64,000 nt of DNA from Spirochaetia bacterium. GTDB taxonomy: Bacteria; Spirochaetota; Spirochaetia; SZUA-6; Bin103. The first letter of the stretch is position 1, and the number at the start of each line of letters is the position of its first letter. A model generated the notes under the pieces. That model ran no database searches and was not told the origin of the DNA. It worked only from the letters and a program-made list of their open reading frames with translations. Of this stretch, positions 11,173 to 20,179 are shown piece by piece. The stretch is taken from the NCBI GenBank assembly GCA_965243555.1, contig OZ251575.1, positions 2,977,000-3,040,999 on the forward strand, read 5' to 3'. The translations under genes were made by a program, and so were the position numbers.

Positions 11173-12146
11173 CGTCTCGTCACCACTCGAATGCCAGTCT
11201 GAGTGCCTTCATGTGGGGTGTCTGGGTGATAGTATCTGTCGAGAATCGTTGTCGCGATATTCTCCGGTTCTCCGTCCCATGAGAACTGAATCGATCCGGT
11301 AGTAACGGTCAGAGCGATCTCCTCCGAGTCGCCAACCGCAGCACTAAGGGCGGCCAGCAGGTCTGACTCACTCAGCTTGAACACCTTCCCGGGTGCGCCC
11401 CGTTCATGGGTCAAGCGAGCAATCGTGATCGTGTTTCCGCTGCCTCCGGTGCGTACGACGTAGTCGAGCACGGCATAGGCGACTATCTTCGATGGCAACG
11501 TGGGTTTCGGCCCGACGTTGAAACGGTAACCATCAACAGATACTGACCGTCCTATCAGGTTCAGTTCTCGCAACGGGCAGTTGAGTCTATCATCTACTCC
11601 GATGCGGCGCGCGCGGTGGGCTGTGGTATAGGTCCGCAGCAGAGCATTGACATCCTTTCCGATCGAGGATCGCTTCGGGATCGTCCAATCCGACACTCCT
11701 TCGAGATAAAGTACCACCGCCTCTTCGAGTTGATCTTCGGTGAACTCGACTGCGTGAAACTCGTTGAACGCCAGCCACCATACCGGCAGATCGCAGGGAC
11801 GGGCCAACAGCTTCCAGTGCAGCAGCCACAGCGTCCCCGGATCCTCCATGTACTGATCCCACCCGGTGTCACCGAAGACTTGTTCACCGAAGTCAGTCGG
11901 GGCCATGCTTGGGGACCGACGTCTCGAGGGGGCGGATGCGTCCTCAATCAGTTTAGCCGCACGTCCCCAGAAACGGATTGCTCGGACCATGTTCTTGCCG
12001 ACTCCGATTTGTACGGGAGCGTCCGCGGCCGTGAAGACATCAGGGTCATCCGCTACAACGGAGTACGCCTTCCGAAACCAGCCGTAGTGAGGGTAAAACG
12101 TCTCATGCTTGGCGAACTTCGGCCTGGCAGCGTCAGTGAGCCGCAT
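11169..12146 (-). CDS. sspB: DUF4007 family protein (SspB-like)
   Basis: FAKHETF..YGWFRKAY, GVGKNMVRAIRFW, YMEDPGTLWLLHWKL, CPLRELNLI, PGKVFKL. Confidence 0.85.
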   Translation of the reverse strand: MRLTDAARPKFAKHETFYPHYGWFRKAYSVVADDPDVFTAADAPVQIGVGKNMVRAIRFWGRAAKLIEDASAPSRRRSPSMAPTDFGEQVFGDTGWDQYMEDPGTLWLLHWKLLARPCDLPVWWLAFNEFHAVEFTEDQLEEAVVLYLEGVSDWTIPKRSSIGKDVNALLRTYTTAHRARRIGVDDRLNCPLRELNLIGRSVSVDGYRFNVGPKPTLPSKIVAYAVLDYVVRTGGSGNTITIARLTHERGAPGKVFKLSESDLLAALSAAVGDSEEIALTVTTGSIQFSWDGEPENIATTILDRYYHPDTPHEGTQTGIRVVTRR

Positions 12147-13307
12147 CTACGCGCACTCCCGGGTCATGGTTCGTACACGATTCACGGCTGCCGCGGTTCG
12201 CTCGATTGAATAGTCGATATCTTCTTTGGTCGTAAAGCGTCCCAAGCTGAACCTGACCGTCTCGAAGGCCGCGTCGCGGGCGATTCCCATGGCAAGCAGC
12301 ACCTCGGACGGTTCTATCGCACCGGAATTGCAGGCGCTACCTGTTGAGACCGCTACAGGGTCGACGTTGGCTACGACAGCGTCCGCGTCGGCACCCACAA
12401 AGCGGAGATTGGCGGTGTTCGGGAGCCTGCGCGTCGGGTCTCCGACGTCGACGACGGCTGCGAGCGCCGACTTGAGGCCGGACGTCAGCCGGTCGCGGAG
12501 TGTGGCCACCCGCGTCGCCTCGGAGTCTCGTTCCTCGGCAGCGATGTGGGCCGCGGCTCCGAACCCCACGATGCCGGCGACGTTCAACGAACCTGACCGC
12601 AGCCCCCGCTCGTGTCCGCCGCCGTGGATGATCGGACGCAGCCGTTGCAGCCCACGGCGAGTGCCGACCAGGGCGCCTACGCCCATCGGGCCGCATATCT
12701 TGTGGCTGCTTACTGATACCAAGTCCGCGCCGACCTGTTCCAGGTCGAAAGGCAAGCGACCAACTGCCTGCGTCGCGTCGCAATGGAACAGCGCCCCGGC
12801 GGAATGCGCCAGCTCCGCGACTTCCTCCACCGGGTTCAGCACTCCGGTCTCGCTGTTGGCGGCCATCACGGAAACCAGCAGTACGTCGGGGCCGATCATC
12901 GACTCCAATGCGTGCACGTCGGCAGCTCCCCCTTCATCCACAGGGATGACGTCCAGCTTCGCCATCCTCTGCTCGTCGAGCCGCCGGGCTGTCTCGCGCA
13001 CCGATGCGTGCTCGACCGCTGAGACCAGTATCCTTGGACGATCGACGGGAGACCCTTCAACGACGCCTCGGAGCGCCAAGTTGTTGGACTCGGTGGCGCC
13101 TGCGGTGAACACGACGCTCGATGGACGTCCGCCCACCAGGGCAGCGACTTGCTCTCGCGCTTCGTCTACTGCCGCCGCTTGGCGTTGGCCGAACCGGTGA
13201 TTGGACGAGGCATTTCCTGACTCGTCGGTCAGGACCGGTACCATGATCGCGGCGACGCGAGGATCAAGCGGGGCCGAGCCGTTGTAGTCCAGGTAGACCT
13301 CCCTCAC
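12147..13307 (-). CDS. sspA: cysteine desulfurase (IscS/DndA/SspA-like)
   Basis: YLDYNGSAP, GATESNN, EH, DATQAVG, SSHKICGP (PLP Lys), STGSAC (catalytic Cys). Directly abuts the DUF4007 gene. Confidence 0.85.
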   Translation of the reverse strand: MREVYLDYNGSAPLDPRVAAIMVPVLTDESGNASSNHRFGQRQAAAVDEAREQVAALVGGRPSSVVFTAGATESNNLALRGVVEGSPVDRPRILVSAVEHASVRETARRLDEQRMAKLDVIPVDEGGAADVHALESMIGPDVLLVSVMAANSETGVLNPVEEVAELAHSAGALFHCDATQAVGRLPFDLEQVGADLVSVSSHKICGPMGVGALVGTRRGLQRLRPIIHGGGHERGLRSGSLNVAGIVGFGAAAHIAAEERDSEATRVATLRDRLTSGLKSALAAVVDVGDPTRRLPNTANLRFVGADADAVVANVDPVAVSTGSACNSGAIEPSEVLLAMGIARDAAFETVRFSLGRFTTKEDIDYSIERTAAAVNRVRTMTRECA

Positions 13308-13573
13308 GAGAATAACCGATCCCGGGTAATGATCAGCTCCGTAACGCGGGCCACGTTGACCGCCGGTATCGGCGACCGACGGAACGGCAAGGTACGAGAA
13401 TCATGCAGCGCTACCGGCTTGACCATCGTTAGACCCATGATATACCAATCAACAGCCGCGCGACAGCAGCGCTTTTGTATGCTCCAGCGCCGCTTCGAGC
13501 GCGCTGAGCGCCTGCCGCCGCCGGGCGGCCGGCGGCACTACCCTGCGAGCCGGCTGGCCTACGGCTGCGTGGC

Positions 13574-13627
13574 GCAGCGCAACGCTTCCTCGACGGCGAC
13601 GTGAATGGCATGCGCGGACTCCGGCGC
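13574..13627. repeat. 54-bp imperfect direct copy of trpB2 positions 16298-16351
   Basis: 50/54 identical by manual alignment. Encodes APESAHAIHVAVEEALRC versus [18 protein letters not shown]. Confidence 0.92.
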
Positions 13628-13632
13628 TACCT

Positions 13633-15024
13633 CTACCTGAGCACGGCCATCACGTCGGCGGCGTCCACCAGGTGGACGCCGGTCGCGGCATCGGTCTTGG
13701 CCGCGGCCTCCGGGACGAACAGCGCGCTGACCACCTCCAGGTCCGTTGCTCCGGGTAGCGCGCCGGCGCCGGGCCGCGGTGCGGCCCGGGACACGGCGCC
13801 GCGCCGCGCGGACCACTTTGCCTCGCCGACCAGCAGCCGCCTGCCGTCGACCGAGCGCGCCACGACGTCGAACTCCGGGGCGTTGCCGCGCCAGTAACGC
13901 CGCGCCGGCTCCCACGGCCCCAGGCGGGCCAGCGGAGTGTCGCCCCGGTGCAGCACGGGGACCGCCATGCGGCACAGCTCCTCCCACGCGTACGCCTCCA
14001 ATCCCGGCCGGCGGCGCTCCCAGTAACGGAGCCGAGTTTCGCGCGGCGCTTCCGCCAACGCCGCCCGGTGCGGGGCGGCGACGGCGAACCACAGGCGCAG
14101 AAACGGGTCGTCGATGCCGTAGAGGCTGCGCTTGCCTTTCGCCGGACTGCTCCCGAACGGAGTCTCCCGGCGCACGAAGTTCATCTCCGAGAGGGCGGTT
14201 AGTGGCCGCGACAGGCTCGACGCCGGCTTGCCGAGCCGGCCAGCGATCTCGCTGAGGCGGTGGGCGCCGGCGCCGATGACGTCCAGCAGCGGCCGCAGCG
14301 CGGTGGCCGGCGGCACTTCGGACCGGAGCAGGCGGTCCGGTTCGTCGTGCAGCGGGCCGGCGGGATCGAGGATCAGGCCGTCGACCGCCGCGTCGAAGTC
14401 GCCGCCGTAGGGCTCGGCCAGCTCCCAATAGCGCGGCATGCCGCCCCAGATCGCGTAGGCGGACACCAAGCTGCGAGGCGGTTCCGCGGTGAAGACGTCG
14501 GCCAGGTATCCCGGTCTCAGCGGGCGTACCGCGAACGCCTCCGCGGCGCGCCCGTACAGCGGGGCGGCGGCGCTCAACACCGCGCCGTGCATCATGCGCA
14601 GGCTCGACCCGCTCACCACCAGGCAGGGCCGCCGCGCCGGGCCATCCAGCCAGTTCTGCAGGACCGCGGCCAGCGCCGGGTCGGCGGCGATCAGATACGG
14701 CAACTCGTCCAGGATGAACGGTCCCGGCCAGCGCGCGTCCGCGGCGGCGGCCGAGAGGCGCCGGAAGAACGAGCGCCAATCCGGGTACTCCACTTCCTCG
14801 AACCCGGAGAACCGTTCCGCGACCGCGGCGGCCAAGTAGCGCCGCTGCACCGCGGGGGCCGACTGATCCGCAACGGTGTAGAGGCCGTCGCAGCGTCGCG
14901 ACCACTCAAGAAGCAGCCGCGACTTGCCTACCCGGCGGCGCCCCCAGATAGCCGCAAACCCGCCGGAGGACCGCGCCACACGGTCGAGCCGCCGCAGTTC
15001 GTCGTGACGATCAAGAAACTCCAT
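13633..15024 (-). CDS. archaeal-type ATPase (ATPase_2) with wHTH and DUF234-like PD-(D/E)XK domain
   Basis: FLDRHDEL, WGRRRVGKS, ILDELPYL, SGS, PLYGR, GGMPRY, DPFLRLWF, EFDVVA...GEAKW. Confidence 0.85.
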   Translation of the reverse strand: MEFLDRHDELRRLDRVARSSGGFAAIWGRRRVGKSRLLLEWSRRCDGLYTVADQSAPAVQRRYLAAAVAERFSGFEEVEYPDWRSFFRRLSAAAADARWPGPFILDELPYLIAADPALAAVLQNWLDGPARRPCLVVSGSSLRMMHGAVLSAAAPLYGRAAEAFAVRPLRPGYLADVFTAEPPRSLVSAYAIWGGMPRYWELAEPYGGDFDAAVDGLILDPAGPLHDEPDRLLRSEVPPATALRPLLDVIGAGAHRLSEIAGRLGKPASSLSRPLTALSEMNFVRRETPFGSSPAKGKRSLYGIDDPFLRLWFAVAAPHRAALAEAPRETRLRYWERRRPGLEAYAWEELCRMAVPVLHRGDTPLARLGPWEPARRYWRGNAPEFDVVARSVDGRRLLVGEAKWSARRGAVSRAAPRPGAGALPGATDLEVVSALFVPEAAAKTDAATGVHLVDAADVMAVLR

Positions 15025-15030
15025 CGCCCT

Positions 15031-15065
15031 ATTATACCGCCCGAAATAATGCGGAAGCGCATAAT
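15031..15065 (-). promoter_or_regulatory. -10 box TATAAT (15031-15036) 6 nt from the ATG, plus upstream inverted repeat ATGCG-gaag-CGCAT (15049-15062)
   Basis: Read directly; function is inferred. Confidence 0.6.
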
Positions 15066-15167
15066 CCAAGCACGCCGGTCGTGTGCTACGGCGTGAGCGA
15101 GAATGCGCCCGATGCGCGGGCAGCGCTCGCTACTTTCCCGGTGCGGACGGCGGTTCCCGCAGGCCGT

Positions 15168-16094
15168 TCACTCCACCCCGGCGGCGTGGCGGACGGCGTT
15201 GCGGATTGCGGCGCTGACGCACTCGACCGCCAACCCGGCGACCAACTCGAACGGCGCGGCGCGGCCCCCGGCCGCCAGCGCGTACGCGGTGTCACCGTCG
15301 TGCGTAGTGTGCGCCGGCAGCACGGCGCGGGCGATGCCGTCGTGGGCGCGTTGCGCCAAGCGCCCCGCTTCGGGCTTGCTCATGGCGGCGTCGGTGAGCA
15401 CCGCCACCAGGGTGGTGTTGGTGCCGACGATCGGTGTTGCGTCGGGCCGCCAGCGCTCCGGCACGTGGCGCGCCAGCCAGCCGCCGTCCGCGGCGCGCGC
15501 GCCGGCCAGCACCTCGCCATGCTCATCCAGCACGTCGCCGACCGCGTTCACCACTGCCAACGCTGCCACCAGCGTGCCGCCGGAGCGGCGCTCGGCGTAA
15601 CCGAGGCCGCCCTTCATCATCGCGTCGGGTCCGCCCCACTTGCCGACGCTCGCGCCCGCGCCCGCTCCGGCGTTGCCCTGGGCGGCCGCCGGGAGCGGCA
15701 ACGGCCGCGCCGCCAAGCACGCCGCGTAGCCCAGCTCCGCGTCCGGGAACGCGCGGCCCGCGGTCAGCGACAGGTCGTAGATCACGCTGGCGGCTACCAG
15801 CGGAATCGGCTTGACCGGCGTCGGGTACCCGATGCCGCGTTCCGCCAGGTAGCGCATCACGCCATCGGCGGCGGCCAGTCCGAACGCGCTGCCGCCGGTA
15901 AACAGCAAGGCGTCCAGCCGTGCGATCGGCTTGTCCACTGCCAGCAGCGCCGTCTCGCGTGACCCGGGCGCCGGCCCCCGCACGTCCACCCCGGCAACGG
16001 TGCCTTCCGGACAAAGTATCACCGTGCACCCGGTCGGCTGCCGGGGATGTACCGCGTGACCGACCCGAAACCCTACGTTCGGCCCGTCCGTCAC
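15168..16094 (-). CDS. P1/S58 family (DmpA-like) peptidase
   Basis: TGCTV, DVRGPAPGSRET, GGSAFGL, GAGAGASVGK, NAVGD, GTNTTL, HTTHDGD. Confidence 0.88.
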   Translation of the reverse strand: MTDGPNVGFRVGHAVHPRQPTGCTVILCPEGTVAGVDVRGPAPGSRETALLAVDKPIARLDALLFTGGSAFGLAAADGVMRYLAERGIGYPTPVKPIPLVAASVIYDLSLTAGRAFPDAELGYAACLAARPLPLPAAAQGNAGAGAGASVGKWGGPDAMMKGGLGYAERRSGGTLVAALAVVNAVGDVLDEHGEVLAGARAADGGWLARHVPERWRPDATPIVGTNTTLVAVLTDAAMSKPEAGRLAQRAHDGIARAVLPAHTTHDGDTAYALAAGGRAAPFELVAGLAVECVSAAIRNAVRHAAGVE

Positions 16095-16135
16095 CGCTTA
16101 CCCGCGATATAATCGCTTTTCGGGGTAGCCGCCGG

Positions 16136-17497
16136 TTAGCCGACCGCGGGCAGCTCCGCCAGCGCCGCGTCGATGCGCTCCTGCGGATACTCGTAGTTGA
16201 CGAGCTGGCCGTCGAGGAACGCGCGGTACGCCTGCATGTCGAAGTGGCCGTGGCCGCACAAGTTGAAGGCGATCACCTTCGACTCGCCGGCTTCCTTGCA
16301 GCGCAACGCCTCCTCAATGGCGACGTGAATGGCATGCGCGGGCTCCGGCGCGGGCACGATCCCCTCGGTACGCGTGAACAGGCGGGCCGCCTCGAACACC
16401 GGCACCTGCGCCACGGCGCGCGCCTCGATCAGGCCCAGGTCGTGCAGGTGGCACACCAGCGGCGCCATGCCGTGGTAGCGCAGGCCGCCGGAGTGAATCG
16501 GCGCCGGCACGAAGGAGTGGCCGAGCGTGTACATCTTGAGCAGCGGCGTGGTGGCCGCGGCGTCGCCGAAGTCGTAGCGGTACTGCCCGCCGGTCAGGCT
16601 GGGCGCGGCCTGCGGCTCGACCGCCACGAAGCGGGTGGCGCGGGCGCCGTTCAGCTTGGCGGGCACGAACGGGAAGATGAATCCGCCGAAGGAGGAACCG
16701 CCGCCGGTGCAGCCCACCATCACGTCCGGGTAGACGCCGGCGCGCTCGAACTGCGCTTGCGCCTCCAGGCCGATCACGGTCTGGTGCAGCAGCACGTGGT
16801 TGAGCACCGATCCCAGGCAGTACTTCTTGCTGCCGCCGCTGGTGGCCGCGGCCTCCACCGCCTCCGAGATGGCGATGCCGAGCGATCCCGGCGAATCGGG
16901 CTGGCGCTCCAACACCTGCCGGCCCGCCTTGGTGGCGGACGACGGACTGGCGGTGACGCCGGCGCCGTAGGACTCGATCATCGAACGGCGGTAGGGCTTG
17001 CCGTCGTAGGAGACGCGCACCATGTACACTTCGCAGTTGACGCCCAGGAACGCGCCGGCCATCGCCAGCGCGCTGCCCCACTGTCCCGCGCCGGTCTCTG
17101 TGGTGAGCTGCGTCACCCCTTCCTCGCGGTTGTAAAACGCCTGCGCCACCGCGGTGTTGGGCTTGTGCGAACCGACCGGCGAAACGCCCTCGTACTTGTA
17201 GTAGAGACGCGCGGGGGTATCGAGCTCCTGCTCCAGGCGCCGCGCCCGGAACAGCGGCGTCGGGCGCCAAAGCCGGTAAATCTCGCGCACCGGTTCGGGG
17301 ATCGGGATCTCCCGCTCCCGGCTGACCTCCTGCTTGATCAGCTCCATTGCGAACAGCGGCGCCAAGTCATCGGGGCCGACCGGGTCCATCCGCCCCGGAT
17401 GAATCACCGGCGGCAGCGGCTCCGGCAGGTCAGCCTGGATGTTGTACCAAGCGGCGGGAATCTCGGACTGCGGCAAATCGAAGCGAATCGTCTCCAT
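16136..17497 (-). CDS. trpB2: TrpB-like (TrpB2) pyridoxal phosphate-dependent enzyme
   Basis: [58 protein letters not shown] 17497 with GGAG SD. Confidence 0.93.
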   Translation of the reverse strand: METIRFDLPQSEIPAAWYNIQADLPEPLPPVIHPGRMDPVGPDDLAPLFAMELIKQEVSREREIPIPEPVREIYRLWRPTPLFRARRLEQELDTPARLYYKYEGVSPVGSHKPNTAVAQAFYNREEGVTQLTTETGAGQWGSALAMAGAFLGVNCEVYMVRVSYDGKPYRRSMIESYGAGVTASPSSATKAGRQVLERQPDSPGSLGIAISEAVEAAATSGGSKKYCLGSVLNHVLLHQTVIGLEAQAQFERAGVYPDVMVGCTGGGSSFGGFIFPFVPAKLNGARATRFVAVEPQAAPSLTGGQYRYDFGDAAATTPLLKMYTLGHSFVPAPIHSGGLRYHGMAPLVCHLHDLGLIEARAVAQVPVFEAARLFTRTEGIVPAPEPAHAIHVAIEEALRCKEAGESKVIAFNLCGHGHFDMQAYRAFLDGQLVNYEYPQERIDAALAELPAVG

Positions 17498-17513
17498 TCG
17501 GTTACTCCACTGA

Positions 17514-17597
17514 TGCCCGGAAGAGGACTCGAACCTCCACAGCCGTACGGCCACTAGACCCTGAACCTAGCGTGTCTACCAATTTCACCATCCGGGC
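17514..17597 (-). tRNA. tRNA-Leu (anticodon CAG), no encoded CCA
   Basis: GCCCGGA/TCCGGGC acceptor stem, CTAGG-TTCAGGG-TCTAG anticodon arm, long variable arm, GGTTCGAGTCC T-arm. Followed by TCA. Confidence 0.95.
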
Positions 17598-17608
17598 AGG
17601 GCAGCCAT

Positions 17609-17638
17609 AACTTACCGAAGCCTTGCGACACCTGTCAA
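17609..17638 (-). promoter_or_regulatory. sigma70-like promoter of tRNA-Leu (TTGACA-N18-TAAGTT)
   Basis: Read on the minus strand just upstream of the tRNA. Confidence 0.6.
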
Positions 17639-17702
17639 CACGTTGCCGCCGCCGCAGCGCGGCCGGGCCGCTCGCCCGACGACGGACGCCGGGCGGGCGG
17701 CG

Positions 17703-19325
17703 TCAGGCGGCGCCCTGGCCGACGGTGTCGGTGGCGCCGGTGAAGCCGGGGCCGCCCGCGGCCGCGTAGCCGTGGCTGGCGCCGGAGCGGTCCGGGCTCA
17801 CCCAGAAGGAGTAGAGCGCCGCGTCGCGCAGGTGGAAGCGCAGCCGCACCGCCCGGCCCGCGAACTCCGCCAGGTTGCCGCCGTTGCCCCAGGTCACCGC
17901 CTGCTGAGTGGCGTCGCCGGTCACCGGCGCGCAGCGCTCGCGCGAACAGTGCCCGAGCGGGTTGCCGGCCTCGTCCAGCGCCTCCACCCGCAGCTCGCCG
18001 CCCGCGGCCGCGGCGTTGACGAACAGATGGCTGCCGGTGAAGCGCAGCGGGCGGGTGGTCAGCACGCCGCCGTCGGCGCCGGCGGCGTGAGACACGAAGC
18101 CGTCGCGGCGCAACGTCGCCAGCCCGGTGCTGCCGCCGGCGTACATGTGCGCGCCCAGCTTGGGCGAGATGCCGGAAAAGGCGCCGAAGTAGAGGTAGAT
18201 CTGGTCGCCGACGATCAGGCAGCACCCTCCGCAGGAGTGAATGTAGTCGCGGTTCCAGTCGCCCGGCTGGTGGGTGCCGGCCACGATCGGGGTGCGGTCG
18301 CGGCGGTCGAAGTGAAACCCGTCGCGGCTGTAGCCCACCAGCAGCTCGGTGATCTTGGGGAATCCGCCGGCCTCGCAGATCTCGTTGGGCGGTCCGCGGT
18401 GGATCATGAAGAACCCCAGCATGAGACTCTCGTAGCCCACCGCGTCAATGTTGTAGAGCTGCGTCTGATAGCCGTGCTCGGGCGCCGGCGGGTCATGATC
18501 GTCGGCGCCGGCCCAGTGGGCGACCTCCTCCCGCTCCCAGGCGGCGCCGGCGAACAGGTCGGCGTGCTCGTGGTAGCCGCGCAGGCGCCCGACCGGGGGC
18601 GCGCTGGTGCGGATGCTGTACACCCAGCGCTTGCGGAACGGGTTGTAGAAGATGGTAGTGTTGTCGCCGCAACGGCCGGTGGCGGCGCGTTCGCGCCAGT
18701 GGATGCCGTCGGCGGATGAATAGACGTGGCCGCCTACCCAGTCGTTGGTGGTGCCGGGACCGCCCAGCTCGCCGTAGCGGTACCCGGCGCCGCGCTTGCG
18801 GTGGTAGGCGAACATCTTGAAGCGTTCGTCGGCGCGTGCGGTCTCCAGGTCCAGCCACACCCCGACGCCGTCGCGCTGATAGCTCGGCCGCAGCGGCAGC
18901 ACGCGGTTGGTGCCCGGCTCCACGTCCAGCGCCGGGCGCTCCCAGTGCACGCCGTCGAGGCTGGTGGCCAACGCCACGCCGTCGAACCAGCCGGCGTGAT
19001 ACCACAGCTTGAACAGTCCGTCGGCGGGGTCGTAGAAGGCGCCGTCCTTGAACGGGCAGGCCACGGGGCACAGCCCGAAGTTCATCTCCAACGGCGTTTC
19101 CGGCGCCAGCACCGGGCTCGCCTCGTGCAGCACCGGGGTATGGAACTCGCGCCGCAGCGAGCTCTCGGCGATCAGAAACTCGTCCACCAGGAGTTGCCGC
19201 CCCACGTCGATGGGGATTACCGCCGGCGGCTGCTCCAGGTAGGGAACCGGCGCCGGCTCCCGCTCCTGCGGCGCCAACCCGCGCGGCGGCCAGACCGCGG
19301 GCCGCTCAATCCCGTTGTAACTCAC
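17703..19325 (-). CDS. glycoside hydrolase-like five-bladed beta-propeller protein (GH32-like)
   Basis: DVGRQLLVD, repeated S.DG.HW Asp-boxes (SLDGVHW, SADGIHW, SRDGFHF), LRRDGFVS. Start GTG 19325; substrate unknown. Confidence 0.7.
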   Translation of the reverse strand: MSYNGIERPAVWPPRGLAPQEREPAPVPYLEQPPAVIPIDVGRQLLVDEFLIAESSLRREFHTPVLHEASPVLAPETPLEMNFGLCPVACPFKDGAFYDPADGLFKLWYHAGWFDGVALATSLDGVHWERPALDVEPGTNRVLPLRPSYQRDGVGVWLDLETARADERFKMFAYHRKRGAGYRYGELGGPGTTNDWVGGHVYSSADGIHWRERAATGRCGDNTTIFYNPFRKRWVYSIRTSAPPVGRLRGYHEHADLFAGAAWEREEVAHWAGADDHDPPAPEHGYQTQLYNIDAVGYESLMLGFFMIHRGPPNEICEAGGFPKITELLVGYSRDGFHFDRRDRTPIVAGTHQPGDWNRDYIHSCGGCCLIVGDQIYLYFGAFSGISPKLGAHMYAGGSTGLATLRRDGFVSHAAGADGGVLTTRPLRFTGSHLFVNAAAAGGELRVEALDEAGNPLGHCSRERCAPVTGDATQQAVTWGNGGNLAEFAGRAVRLRFHLRDAALYSFWVSPDRSGASHGYAAAGGPGFTGATDTVGQGAA

Positions 19326-19330
19326 CGCGC

Positions 19331-19702
19331 CTACCGCGCCTGTTTCTCCCGTGCCTTCGCCGTTGCCCATATCCGCTTCGCCTCCTCCTCGGTGACCTCG
19401 GTGCCGTCGAACACGAACGGCTTGCGCCGCCGCATCTTGGCCACCACCTCGTCCGGCACCTCGCGCGCCGCGAAGTAGCCGCTCCGTTCGGCCAGTAGCG
19501 CGCAGATTACGACGTCCCACAGCAGGTCGCCAAGTTCCTCCCGCAGATTGGCGCGGTCCCCGTTGGCGACCGCCTGCAGGACCTCGTCGGCCTCCGCGCG
19601 CAGCCCCGGCGCGTACTGCTCCACGGTCCGCGCCGTGGTCCACGGGCAGCGCGCCAGCACCTTGCGCGCCGCCGCCACCAGTTCCGCAAGGCTGTCCGTC
19701 AC
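19331..19702 (-). CDS. single-domain MazG-like nucleotide pyrophosphohydrolase
   Basis: CPW, EADEV, LREELGDLLW, KMRRRKPFVF, W..AK..EK. Start GTG 19702 with TATAGT 6 nt upstream. Confidence 0.85.
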   Translation of the reverse strand: MTDSLAELVAAARKVLARCPWTTARTVEQYAPGLRAEADEVLQAVANGDRANLREELGDLLWDVVICALLAERSGYFAAREVPDEVVAKMRRRKPFVFDGTEVTEEEAKRIWATAKAREKQAR

Positions 19703-19739
19703 AACCGCACTATATCCCCTATGCCGTGCCTCTTCCTGC

Positions 19740-19816
19740 TGCCGGAGCACAAACTACTCGCCAGCGCGGCCCGCGCGCTCGGTCAGCGGCTCGCCCGAAG
19801 AAGAGGCAGGCGGCGC
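19740..19816. repeat. decayed direct copy of aminotransferase positions 20506-20586
   Basis: 13/13 match, 1-nt insertion, 36/42 match, short divergent gap, then 13/14 match. Confidence 0.88.
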
Positions 19817-19820
19817 ACAG

Positions 19821-19849
19821 TTGACCCGTTCGGGCACATGCATTATCAT
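19821..19849 (+). promoter_or_regulatory. sigma70-like promoter TTGACC-N17-TATCAT
   Basis: -35 at 19821-19826 and -10 at 19844-19849. No credible ORF downstream. Confidence 0.7.
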
Positions 19850-19855
19850 CCCAAT

Positions 19856-20150
19856 AAGTGGTTCGCGTTAGGTACTGAAGCTCCTGTGAGGCGCGGAGGT
19901 CCTACTTGCGGAGTCCTTGAACGATCAAGTTGTGTCGTTGAAGAGACGTGGCGCACCGACCTGGAGCCCGGCTGGAATTGTACAGTTCCGATGGGTTGGC
20001 GACGTGCGTTGAAAGGCGTGAAGGTGTAAGCGCATTACGCCGGTACTACTTAAGCAACTTGACGGGCGATGGCTGCAACAGCACTACCAAAGAGCACTTT
20101 CAAGAAATTGGTAGTTCCGTTGCAGGCACCCGCCCCTAATTGATCAAGGT
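19856..20150 (+). ncRNA. putative structured non-coding RNA of unknown family
   Basis: Own promoter, lower GC, and at least six nested complementary stem pairs (see findings). Confidence 0.5.
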
Positions 20151-20163
20151 GCCCTGGGGGCAG

Positions 20164-20178
20164 CGCCGGCTTTCGGCG
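20164..20178. terminator. short GC hairpin CGCCG-gcttt-CGGCG between the convergent units
   Basis: 5-bp stem immediately after the aminotransferase stop. No U-tract. Confidence 0.3.
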
Positions 20179-20179
20179 G

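Noticed and set aside
12147-13307. Desulfurase as housekeeping iscS
   Set aside because: No isc/suf neighbours. It has island-like composition and directly abuts the DUF4007 gene.
15141-15200. Short resemblance GTGCGGACGGCGGTT versus GTGGCGGACGGCGTT near the peptidase end, as a third scar
   Set aside because: Too short and too GC-rich to distinguish from chance.
16136-17554. Track start of trpB2 at 17554
   Set aside because: It lies inside tRNA-Leu. ATG 17497 has an SD and fits the family N-terminus.
19948-20139. 63-aa ORF inside the structured locus
   Set aside because: No clear SD, atypical codon usage for this genome and no recognisable motif. It cannot be fully excluded.
19856-20150. 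The structured locus as tmRNA, RNase P, SRP RNA, a group I/II intron or a known riboswitch
   Set aside because: On either strand I find no tRNA-like ends or tag reading frame, no GAGGAAAGTCC, no SRP helix-8 motif, no intron core or domain V, and no aptamer consensus I recognise.
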